Positions 1-8,787 of a stretch of 64,000 bases of DNA are shown in pieces. The position numbers and the translations under genes were made by a program. The DNA is taken from assembly GCA_050115495.1 (NCBI GenBank), contig JASFQK010000002.1, positions 148,739 through 212,738 on the forward strand, in the 5' to 3' direction. The notes beneath the pieces are model-generated. The model saw only the letters and a program-made list of their open reading frames with translations. It searched no databases and was not told the origin of the DNA. Positions within the stretch are counted from its first letter, which is position 1. Each line of letters starts with the position of its first letter. The DNA is from Phycisphaerae bacterium (GTDB taxonomy: Bacteria; Planctomycetota; Phycisphaerae; UBA1845; Fen-1342).

Positions 1-2
1 AG

Positions 3-149
3 AAGATGTCGGTGGTGGCCGGCGGCGTGGGGCTGGTGCTGCTCGTCTGGGGCGTGCTGTCGCTGGTTGCCCTGAGCACGCGACCGCTGCCGCCGGCGTC
101 GACGCCGGACGCGGAAGGTCCCCCGGTGGCGGTGCTCAGCGCTCCGTAG
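3..149 (+). CDS. 3' end of a membrane protein (partial, runs in from the left edge)
   Basis: Manual translation KMSVVAGGVGLVLLVWGVLSLVALSTRPLPP...SAP* gives a TM helix plus a Pro-rich tail; TAG at 147-149; converges on the antiporter. Confidence 0.55.
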   Translation, partial: KMSVVAGGVGLVLLVWGVLSLVALSTRPLPPASTPDAEGPPVAVLSAP

Positions 150-1947
150 CCGGACTGGCGGGAGATTTCTCGGGGGCGGGCGTGACTAGGCTGATCAATG
201 TATGTCCGGGTTGCGGCCCGGATTCCTGGCCGGCGGTGAACACGCTCAGCCGGCGACCCTCACTCACCATGAAGAGCGGCAACGCGTCCGGGTACAGCTC
301 GCGGAAGGCGGCGTAGTCGAACGACTCGGTGATCTTGTTGGCCTTCACGACGCAGCCGCCGGTTAGACGCGACTGGAGCTCGGCGAGTGTGGCCTTCGGG
401 GCGAAGAGCGGTCGGCCGTAGAGATGGCGGGCGTGCGCCAGACGGCCGGTCGCGGTCTCCGTGACCGGCAGTTGGTACACCGCGGCGCTGCCGAAGAGCG
501 GGCGGAAGCGCTGCACGGCGAGCACGTTCACTTCATCGTTGGGCGTGAGGGCGATCAGGCGGCCGATACCGCCGAGATCGATCTCTTCGAGGGCCTGGTC
601 GCCGAGAATACTGCCGTGGTACGCCGGCAGGTCGGCCATGCGGGCGGCGCGGATCTCGGCGTGGTTGGTGTCGACGAGCAGAACGCGGATGCCGGCGGAC
701 TTGAGCATGGTGGCGATGCTGCGGGCCAGTTCGTGGGAACCGGCGATGAGGACGCCCTGCGGGTTGGGGACGGCCACGCCGAGCCACTGGGCGACGAGTG
801 TGGCCGGCAGGCCGTAGATCACGACCGTGCAGACGATCGTGATGAACGTCAGCGGCACGAGCGGTCGCCCGGCGTCGCCGAGCTGAATGGCCAGCACGGC
901 GGCGATGGCGGCGGCCACGATGCCGCGGGGGGCCATCCACATCAGGAAGAGGCGTTCGCGCCAGTGCAGCTTCGAGCCGGCGGTGGAGAGCCACACCGCC
1001 AGCGGCCGGGCCACGAATACCAGGGCGGCGACGAACAGCAGGCTCGCCGGCCCGAGCCCTTCGAGCACGTCGAAGGGCAACTGGGCGGCGAGAATGATGA
1101 ACAGCGCGGAGATGAGCAGGACGCGCAGGTTCTCCTTGAATTCGAGCACGTGGCGGATGTCGGCGATGCGCTGGTTGGCCAGGGCGATGCCCATGACGGT
1201 GACGGCAAGCAGTCCCGACTCCGGTTGCACGGCGTTCGAGAGCGTGTGCGCGAGGCACACGAGACCCAGGGCGACGGCGTTGTGCAGAAACTCCGGGATC
1301 CAGAAGCGGGCCATCGTCACCGCGAGTAGTCCGGCCGCCAGCAGTCCGAGTCCGCCGCCGACCACGACCGTCTTCAGCAGGGCCAGGGCGACGTGCGCGG
1401 TGGCTCCCTGCACGTTGCCGGCGAAGAGCACCTCGAACACGAGCACCGTCAGCAGGGCGCCGACCGGGTCGATGACGATGCCCTCCCACTTCAGCACCGG
1501 TCCGACCGGTCCGCTCGGCCGCACGTGGCGCAGCAGCGGGATGATCACCGTTGGTCCGGTGACGATGAGCAGTGCCCCCAGCAGCAGCGCGAGCCGCCAT
1601 TCGAGGCCGACGATCAGCCGGGCGGCGACGGCGGCGACGGCCCACGTGGCGAGGGCGCCCACGGTTACCAGTCGGCGGACGACGTTGCCCGTCGCCCGCA
1701 ATTCGCGGAAGTTCAGTGTCAGGCCGCCTTCGAACAGAATCACCGCGACCGACAGCGACACGAGCGGCAGCAGCAGGCCGCCGAACACTTCGTCCGGATG
1801 CAGCAGGTTGGTGACGGGGCCGGCGAGAAAGCCGAAGAGCAGCAGCAGGAGAATGGACGGCAGGCGCAGGCGCCAGGCCAGCCACTGGGCGGCGCCGCCT
1901 AGTGCGACGACGGCCACCAGTTCGAACAGGATGGTCCCACTGTCCAT
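136..1947 (-). CDS. Cation:proton antiporter (CPA1/NhaP-type) with C-terminal TrkA-N/NAD-binding-like domain
   Basis: Many TM helices; motifs LFEGGL, TGPTVI, EGIVIDP, APRGIVAAA; C-terminal Rossmann-like domain (VLIAG...LLVDTN...TPNDEVN); start moved to MDSGT. Confidence 0.9.
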   Translation of the reverse strand: MDSGTILFELVAVVALGGAAQWLAWRLRLPSILLLLLFGFLAGPVTNLLHPDEVFGGLLLPLVSLSVAVILFEGGLTLNFRELRATGNVVRRLVTVGALATWAVAAVAARLIVGLEWRLALLLGALLIVTGPTVIIPLLRHVRPSGPVGPVLKWEGIVIDPVGALLTVLVFEVLFAGNVQGATAHVALALLKTVVVGGGLGLLAAGLLAVTMARFWIPEFLHNAVALGLVCLAHTLSNAVQPESGLLAVTVMGIALANQRIADIRHVLEFKENLRVLLISALFIILAAQLPFDVLEGLGPASLLFVAALVFVARPLAVWLSTAGSKLHWRERLFLMWMAPRGIVAAAIAAVLAIQLGDAGRPLVPLTFITIVCTVVIYGLPATLVAQWLGVAVPNPQGVLIAGSHELARSIATMLKSAGIRVLLVDTNHAEIRAARMADLPAYHGSILGDQALEEIDLGGIGRLIALTPNDEVNVLAVQRFRPLFGSAAVYQLPVTETATGRLAHARHLYGRPLFAPKATLAELQSRLTGGCVVKANKITESFDYAAFRELYPDALPLFMVSEGRRLSVFTAGQESGPQPGHTLISLVTPAPEKSPASPATER

Positions 1948-2035
1948 GTCGTTTCCCGCGCCGTCGCGCCGCCTCGGCTGCCAGTTCGCCGGCATTGTCC
2001 CCGGCAGTCGCCCAGACGACAACCGCCGTCCGGCG

Positions 2036-3115
2036 TCAGTCGCTAACGCCGCCGTACCGCCGGACACACTCGATTAACCAGCGGTAGCTGTCCAGCGAAA
2101 TCGTCGGCGGCACGGAATGGTCGATGTGATAGATGTAACCGCTGCCGGCCGCGGCGACGGGCACCTTCTGCGCCACCTCGCGCTCGATCTGCGCGGGGTC
2201 GTTGGTGGCCACGATGTCGGCGTCGATGTTGCCGATCAGGCAGAGCCGGTCGCCGTAGCGCTGTTTCAGATCGCGGACGTCGTTGCCGGCGCGGGCTTCG
2301 AGGGGGTGGATGGCCTGCCCGCCGGCGTCGAGCAGGAGCGGCAGCAGGTTACGCACGTCGCCGTCGCAGTGGAACATGAAATACATGCCGTGCTCGCGGG
2401 CGAACTCCGCCAGCCGCTGCCAGGGGACGAGCACCAGTTGCCGAAGGTTTGTCGGCGAGAGCAGCAATCCGCCCTTGTAGCAGAGGTCGCTCCAGAACCA
2501 CAGGGCGTCGAAGCGATAGCCGCGGTCGTGAACCAGGGCGAGCATGCCCAGCACGTAGTCGGTGTACGTGTTGACCATGTCGGCGACGAGGTCGGGCTGG
2601 CGGCGCGTCGCTAACAGGCCGCGCTCGAAGCCGCAGCAATGCTCCAGGACGAACCACAGCGGCTCGGCCGGCGTGATGGCCAGGAAGCGGCCGGCGGCGC
2701 GGGCGGTGTCGTAGTCGGCGGCGGCCGCGGGATTGTTGAGCTTGTCCGCGCCGACGGTGAGCGTCTCGCGCAGGCGGTGCCAGTCGGCGGGATTCTGAAT
2801 CGCCGGCGTAAGCACCCGCGGCGGGCTGGTCGTGCCGAGCGGCTCCTGCATGGTCTTGCCGTAACGGTCGACGTAGACGCGGCGGTCGCTGATCTGTTCG
2901 AGCGTGCGCTCGGGCAGGCCGAAGGAGGGATCAAACAGGTCGTTGATGCAGGCGATGGGATCGAGGCGGAAGTGTTCGACCGGATCGACGCCGGCGGGCA
3001 GCCCCTCGGCGTGCCAGCGCTCAAGCGTCTCGGGCCAGAACGTGGTTTCGCACATCGGCAGCCGATCGCACGGTTCGTGAGCCAGGGCCGCCAGCAGTCG
3101 ATTACGGCTGTTCAC
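2036..3115 (-). CDS. Uroporphyrinogen decarboxylase (URO-D/MtaA-CmuA) family protein
   Basis: N-terminal 'RLLAALAHEPCDRLP'; 'SDLCYKGGLLLSP', 'FHCDG', 'GNID', 'DHSVPP'; GTG start after GGAGAG. Confidence 0.85.
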   Translation of the reverse strand: MNSRNRLLAALAHEPCDRLPMCETTFWPETLERWHAEGLPAGVDPVEHFRLDPIACINDLFDPSFGLPERTLEQISDRRVYVDRYGKTMQEPLGTTSPPRVLTPAIQNPADWHRLRETLTVGADKLNNPAAAADYDTARAAGRFLAITPAEPLWFVLEHCCGFERGLLATRRQPDLVADMVNTYTDYVLGMLALVHDRGYRFDALWFWSDLCYKGGLLLSPTNLRQLVLVPWQRLAEFAREHGMYFMFHCDGDVRNLLPLLLDAGGQAIHPLEARAGNDVRDLKQRYGDRLCLIGNIDADIVATNDPAQIEREVAQKVPVAAAGSGYIYHIDHSVPPTISLDSYRWLIECVRRYGGVSD

Positions 3116-3147
3116 GTCAGCTTCTCTCCGAAAGAGCGACGTAGATG

Positions 3148-3954
3148 CTACGCCCCGCAGCACTCGGCCCAGGTCTTGGGCGTTTCCCATACGCGGACGC
3201 AGTGCAGCGTCGCCGGCGCGACCTGCTCGCACAATAGCCGCCAGATCACGCGGCTGATGTTCTCCACGCTCGGGTTGAGGTCGTGGAACTCGGCGACGTC
3301 GGCGTTCAGGTGCCGGTGGTCGAGGTAGTCGACGACGCGCTCCTGGACGATCTGCTCGAAGCGGGGCAGCGGCAGGACGGCGCCGGTCTGCGGGTCGGGT
3401 TCGCCGACGACGGTGATTTCGAGGAGGTAATTGTGGCCGTGACCGTTCGGATTGTTGCACTTGCCGAACGTTTGGCGGTTTTCGTCGGCGGAAAACTGCG
3501 GGCAGTGCAGGCGATGGGCCGCGGAAAATTCGAACTGCTGTGTCAGATGCACCATGTCGGGATTCTCGCGTTCGAGGGAATACTGGAGGGCGGGTGTCGC
3601 ACATAGCGTGAGGGCGACGAGCGGCACGCCGGCGGGCGCGGCGTCCGCCACGCGGCGCCAGATGTCCTGCAACAACCGCTCGGCGGTCATGCGCCAGCCG
3701 TGGCGGCGGAGGACATCGGCGGTGTGGGGGATGGCATGTCGGCGGAGCAGGTCGTCGAGCAACGCAATGTTGCAGAGATAGCCAGTGACGGGATCGGGCT
3801 CGCCGGTGACGGTCGCCCGCAACTTCAAGTAGGGGACGATGCCGACGGCGCTCGGCCAGCCGCCCCACGAGTTGGTCACCGGGCGTGAGAACTCGACGCG
3901 TCCGGCCCAGTCGCGGTCGATGGAAAAACGGACTTCGCGCGTCAGATAGACCAT
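3148..3954 (-). CDS. Tandem-domain 6-pyruvoyl-tetrahydropterin synthase (PTPS/QueD superfamily)
   Basis: C-domain has FSAAHRL, KCNNPNGHGHNY, LDHRHLN, PSVEN and VWET; N-domain is a degenerate T-fold copy (VTGEPDPVTGYLCN). Confidence 0.88.
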   Translation of the reverse strand: MVYLTREVRFSIDRDWAGRVEFSRPVTNSWGGWPSAVGIVPYLKLRATVTGEPDPVTGYLCNIALLDDLLRRHAIPHTADVLRRHGWRMTAERLLQDIWRRVADAAPAGVPLVALTLCATPALQYSLERENPDMVHLTQQFEFSAAHRLHCPQFSADENRQTFGKCNNPNGHGHNYLLEITVVGEPDPQTGAVLPLPRFEQIVQERVVDYLDHRHLNADVAEFHDLNPSVENISRVIWRLLCEQVAPATLHCVRVWETPKTWAECCGA

Positions 3955-4099
3955 CTCCAGGATTCTACTGCGCTGTCGGCGGCCGACCAGGATTGACGGT
4001 GCACTTCCGGCCGACTAGCCTCCCCGGACGGTGATCCGGAGCGCGAACGCAGGGGGCGGCACGCACCGGACCCGGTGAACCACAGATGAGGAACCACGC

Positions 4100-4798
4100 A
4101 TGGCATCGAAAACGTGCGTCATTACCGGCGCCAGTCGCGGGATCGGCCTGGCCACGGCGTTGCGCTTCGCCCGCCAGGGCATGAATGTTGTCGCCGCCGC
4201 GCGCGGGGCAGAGGGCCTGGAGCACGCCGCGGAGTCCATCCGGTCGGCAGGTGGGACGTGTGAGGCGGTGGTGGCGGACGTGGCGCAAGCGGCGGACGCG
4301 GCGCGGCTGATCGTCCGGGCCCGAGAGCGTTTCGGGCGGGTCGACGTGCTGGTGAACAACGCCGGCTGCGCCGTGCTTAAGCCGCTGCCCGAGCTCAGCC
4401 ACGAGGATTTCGACGACCAGTTAGCGGTGAACGTGGGCGGCGTTTTCCACGTGACGCAGGCGGCGTGGCCGGTGATGGTGGAGCAGGGGGGCGGCGTCAT
4501 CGTCAACGTGTCGTCGCTGTCGTCGGTCGACCCGTTCCGCGGCTTCAGCGTGTACGGGGCCTGCAAGGCGTGGGTGAACCTGTTCACGCAGGCGGCGGCG
4601 TCGGAGGGCAAGGACGTCGGCATTCGCGTGTACGCGGTCGCGCCCGGTGCCGTGGAGACCGGCCTGCTGCGCAACATCTTCCCCGACCTGCCGGCGGCGC
4701 ACCTGCTCGAGCCGGAGCAGGTGGCCGAGGTCATTACGAGCCTGTGCGAGGAACGGCTGAGCCCTTGCAGCGGGCAGACCTTCTTCGTGCGCAAGTAA
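4100..4798 (+). CDS. Short-chain dehydrogenase/reductase (SDR)
   Basis: TGASRGIG, NNAG, VSS and YGACK catalytic motif; GAGGA RBS. Confidence 0.92.
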   Translation: MASKTCVITGASRGIGLATALRFARQGMNVVAAARGAEGLEHAAESIRSAGGTCEAVVADVAQAADAARLIVRARERFGRVDVLVNNAGCAVLKPLPELSHEDFDDQLAVNVGGVFHVTQAAWPVMVEQGGGVIVNVSSLSSVDPFRGFSVYGACKAWVNLFTQAAASEGKDVGIRVYAVAPGAVETGLLRNIFPDLPAAHLLEPEQVAEVITSLCEERLSPCSGQTFFVRK

Positions 4799-4910
4799 AC
4801 GCGGGCGTGCCCGAGCACAAAGGGCGGCGCACGCCACGGGGACGCGCGCCGCCAACTTACTCCCGGGCGGGAAGGGTCCACCCAGGCCCGGGAAGAGACG
4901 GTTGTCTCGA

Positions 4911-7900
4911 TCACGGACGGGCCGCCGGCGTGGTCGCCGACTCCGTCGGGGTCTGCAACGCCTGCTCGAAGGCCTCGATGTCCTGCACGTCGAGCCAGCC
5001 GTCGCCGTTCAGATCCGCCGCCGCGAACTCGCCTTGACCGGTGGCCCGCAGCTCGGCGAGAGAGATGGCCAGGATGGGCTGGTCACCGCCGAAGGCGCCG
5101 AGCAGGCAGCAGTCCGGCTCGCAGAGAGCCAGGAAGTTGTTGCGGAAGTAGGTGAAGTCCTCCTGCCAGACGACGCCGTTGCCGCTGAAGTCGGCGTGGA
5201 AACGCGGCGGCGCGGCATGGGGATCCCACATGCCGCACGGCGTGTTCCCATCGTCGACGCCGTCGCCGTTGCTGTCGAAGTGTGTGCCCGACAGGCAGAC
5301 GAACACGCCATAGTCGCGCACGTCGATCACGCAGTCACCGTTGGCGTTTCCGCTGATCAGCAGCTTGTCGGCGGTGACGAAGTCGGCGCGGTACATGCCG
5401 TCCTGGAGGCCGAAGTCGGGCGCGCTCAACGTGCGGCGGACCGTATGCAGCGGGTCGCGGGCGGTGATGCACGTGTAGTCGCCGGCAGGGATGTCCGTGA
5501 GCACGGCGTGGGCCAGGCCGACCGTGTGCGAGCCGTCTCCGCTATCGACGAAGGTGAGCATCGCCTCGTACTCGACCGGCGGCAGCTCGGGCATGTCGCA
5601 GTTCCACAGCTCGAAGAGGAGACAGCGGTCGAGCATGCCCTCGGTGGGGATGTTGACCTGCATTTCGATGGTCACTTCGAGGGCGGAGAGATCGACGATC
5701 ACGACGTCGAAGGTGCAGATGGTGGTGTTGCCGGCCGCGTCCCCGGCGGTGTACGTCACGGTGTTCGTGCCCATCTCGAAGAAGTCGCCGGGGCTGTGCG
5801 TGCTCTCCCAGACGGTGACGCCGCAATTGTCGGTCGCGTTGGGCTCGGTCCAGGTGATGATGGCGCCCATCTCGCCGGGATCGGGACCGCGGACGATGTC
5901 CTGCGGGCAGCCCTCGATGAGCGGGGCCTCGACGTCGCTGATGGTCACGAGGAACGTCTGCGGATCTGATTCGAGCTGGCACGCATCGCGGGCAACGGCC
6001 TGGACCGTCGTTTCCCCGACCGGGAACTCGTACGGGTTGGTGATGGGCTCGTCGAAGACGCCCGAGCCCGGCTCACTCTCGATCGCGTAGAGGACTTCGG
6101 GATCGGCCGTGCAGTTGTCGGTCGCGGTGACCGCGAGTGTGAGGACGGCGCCGCACAGGCCCGTGTCGTTGTCGGCGCTCAGCGGCGGACAGGTGCCCAG
6201 GATTGGCGGCGTAGTGTCCTGAACGTTGATGAGCTGCGTCACCGTCGTTGTGTTGTCGCAGGCGTCGGTGGCGGTCCAGGTGCGGGTGATCGTGTACTCG
6301 TCCGGGCAGGAGCCGGGCGTGATCGACTGGCCGTCGTAGGTGGCCGCCTGCACCTCCGGGTCGCAGGCGTCCGACGCCGGGAGCGTCGCCGGCGCGTCGG
6401 GGATCGCGTCGCATTCGACGGTCGTGTCGGCGGGCGGATCATCGACCTGCGGTCCGATCGTGTCGATCACGCCGATGAGCTGGACCTGTGTGCACTCGAG
6501 ATCACACTCGTCCGTGACGCGCCACGTGCGCGTGATGACGTACGTGCCGCCGCAGCCGGGTTCGATCTCGTCGCTGTGCGTGATCGTCACGTCGCCGCAG
6601 GTGTCGGCGCCGGTCGGCGTGCCGGTGTCGCCGGGTTCATCGGGGCATTGCACGACGGCGTCGGGCGGGAAGCTGGTGAAGGTGGGTGGCGTTGTGTCGC
6701 TGACGCCGATGAGCTGTGCTCGCTCGGTGAAGTTGCCGCAGTCATCCGTGACACGCCAGGTGCGGGTGGTGGTGTACGTGTCGCCGCAACCCTGGACGGT
6801 TTCGTCCACGTGCGTGATGGTCACGTCACCGCAGCCGTCGCGGCCGGTGGGCGCGCCGGTATCGCCCGGCTCGTTGGGGCACTCGACCAGCACGTCCTCC
6901 GGGAAGCTGGTGAACGTGGGCGCCGTGGTGTCCTCGACGGTGATCACCTGGTCCTGCTCGCGGAAGAGCCCGCATTCGTCCTCGATATGCCAGGTGCGAG
7001 TGATGATCCCGGTCAGGCCGCAGCCGGGCTCGACATCGTCACTGTAGGTGATCGTGACGTCGCCGCAGGTGTCGTGGCCGGTCGCGGTGCCGGTGGCCCA
7101 CGGACTCGTCGGCGAGCCGCACTCGACGGTCCGGTCGGGCGGGAAATCGTCCCACTGTGGGGTGGTCGTGTCCCGGATGACGATTATCTGGTCGCGTTCG
7201 GCGACGTTCTCGCATTCATCCTCGATGTGCCAGGTGCGGGTGATGATCCCGGTCAGGCCGCAGCCGGGCTCGACGTCGTCACTGTAGGTGATGGTGACGT
7301 CGCCGCAGGTGTCGTGGCCGGTCGGCGTGCCCGTCGCCGACGGGTCGGTGGCTGAGCCGCACTCGATGGTCCGGTCGGGCGGGAAATCGTCCCACTGCGG
7401 GTCGGTCGTGTCCTGGACGATGATCTGCTGCACGCGCTCGACGAAGTTGCCGCAGGCGTCCTCGGCTCGCCAGGTACGGTGGATCGTTCCCGTATTGCCG
7501 CAGCCGGGGATGATCTCGTCACTGTAGGTGAGGGTGGGCGTGCCGCAATCATCGCTGGCGGTCGGCGTGCCCGTCTCGCCCGGCTCGGCGGGGCATTCGA
7601 CGATGACGTCCTCGGGGAACGTGTCGAAGGTGGGCGCCGTGTTGTCCTCGATGGTGATGAGCTGCGTGCAGGATGCATAGTTGCCGGCGCCGTCGGTGAC
7701 GCCGTACGTGCGTTCGATGACCAGCGGGTCACCGGCGCAGCCGCTGCCGCCGTTGCTGGTCTCATTTTCGAGCGTGAAGGTCGGATCGCCGCAGTACGAC
7801 GAGCCGGCGTCGTAGAACGTTCCACCCTGCGCTTCGAACTCCGCCGTGGTCGTCGCCGCCGGCGGCAGGTCCACGAGGCAGGAGATCACGAGCGTCGGCG

Positions 7901-8573
7901 GGCACGTGACCTCGGGCGGCGTGGCGTCGATGTAGATCTGCGTGTATTCGAGGTAGGCCGAGTAGTTCTGGAACTCCGGGTCGTAGAACCGGGTCCACGG
8001 CGGCGGGAAGCGGAAGGCGACCGTGGCCGGTCCCTCCTCCTGGGCGGCGGTGAAGGTTAGCGTCACAAGGTCGGCATCTTCCTGCGTGGGCGACTGGTCA
8101 CTGGTGACGGCCGCCCCGAGTTGCAGGTACTCGCCGGAAGGACCATATGGCTCGATGGGGGTGAACGCCGGCAGGCCGTAGGGCGTCGGTGTGTACGCGC
8201 CCTCGACGAAGGTCAGGCGTGTCGGATCGAAGATAAGATAGGCGAAGTAGCCCTGCATCGGGCGCGACAGGCACTCTTGCGCAAGCACGACCGTCACGGT
8301 GTCGCCCGGACGTACACAGGGTGAGCCGTTGCCGTTCATGGATAGGCGTAGCGTGTTCGGCTCGCACTCGCGGCCGGCCGGCCGCACGCCCGGGGGAATG
8401 AGATGCTGCACGAAGGCAGCGCCGGTCGCCGGGTCGGGATTTGGCGGCTCCGGGAGATCGGCTGACGCCGGGACTGGCGTCGCTACGACACACAGCAGAG
8501 CCATCGTGAGCAGGATTGCAGGAAGGCCCGCGGTCTCGCCGCGTTTTCGGGGGGGAGTCAGTGGCAGGTACAT
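4911..8573 (-). CDS. Large secreted protein: cohesin-like domain, ~6 Cys-rich Ig/HYR-like repeats, HYR domains, dockerin-like EF-hand C-terminus
   Basis: Signal peptide; DTTxP...ECx...DxCG...TRTW repeats; C-terminal GNANGDCVIDVRD, DFSGNGVVWQED and DLNGDGWLDVQD motifs. Confidence 0.8.
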   Translation of the reverse strand: MYLPLTPPRKRGETAGLPAILLTMALLCVVATPVPASADLPEPPNPDPATGAAFVQHLIPPGVRPAGRECEPNTLRLSMNGNGSPCVRPGDTVTVVLAQECLSRPMQGYFAYLIFDPTRLTFVEGAYTPTPYGLPAFTPIEPYGPSGEYLQLGAAVTSDQSPTQEDADLVTLTFTAAQEEGPATVAFRFPPPWTRFYDPEFQNYSAYLEYTQIYIDATPPEVTCPPTLVISCLVDLPPAATTTAEFEAQGGTFYDAGSSYCGDPTFTLENETSNGGSGCAGDPLVIERTYGVTDGAGNYASCTQLITIEDNTAPTFDTFPEDVIVECPAEPGETGTPTASDDCGTPTLTYSDEIIPGCGNTGTIHRTWRAEDACGNFVERVQQIIVQDTTDPQWDDFPPDRTIECGSATDPSATGTPTGHDTCGDVTITYSDDVEPGCGLTGIITRTWHIEDECENVAERDQIIVIRDTTTPQWDDFPPDRTVECGSPTSPWATGTATGHDTCGDVTITYSDDVEPGCGLTGIITRTWHIEDECGLFREQDQVITVEDTTAPTFTSFPEDVLVECPNEPGDTGAPTGRDGCGDVTITHVDETVQGCGDTYTTTRTWRVTDDCGNFTERAQLIGVSDTTPPTFTSFPPDAVVQCPDEPGDTGTPTGADTCGDVTITHSDEIEPGCGGTYVITRTWRVTDECDLECTQVQLIGVIDTIGPQVDDPPADTTVECDAIPDAPATLPASDACDPEVQAATYDGQSITPGSCPDEYTITRTWTATDACDNTTTVTQLINVQDTTPPILGTCPPLSADNDTGLCGAVLTLAVTATDNCTADPEVLYAIESEPGSGVFDEPITNPYEFPVGETTVQAVARDACQLESDPQTFLVTISDVEAPLIEGCPQDIVRGPDPGEMGAIITWTEPNATDNCGVTVWESTHSPGDFFEMGTNTVTYTAGDAAGNTTICTFDVVIVDLSALEVTIEMQVNIPTEGMLDRCLLFELWNCDMPELPPVEYEAMLTFVDSGDGSHTVGLAHAVLTDIPAGDYTCITARDPLHTVRRTLSAPDFGLQDGMYRADFVTADKLLISGNANGDCVIDVRDYGVFVCLSGTHFDSNGDGVDDGNTPCGMWDPHAAPPRFHADFSGNGVVWQEDFTYFRNNFLALCEPDCCLLGAFGGDQPILAISLAELRATGQGEFAAADLNGDGWLDVQDIEAFEQALQTPTESATTPAARP

Positions 8574-8787
8574 GGCTGTCGGTCCTCGCTTCGTTTTGTT
8601 CGCCGGCAGGCACGCGGCATTACGCGTGGCCCAGCGGCGAACCGCCGGCGGGAGTGGTCAGAGAATGACCACCCCGGCCCTTGGCCGGCGGCCAACGGCG
8701 CGACCCGGCACCGTCGGCATGTCCTCCGTTCCCATTTAGCGACCGGCCTGCGCCGCCGGGGCGGTCGGCCGGTGCCGTCGCGCCGGG

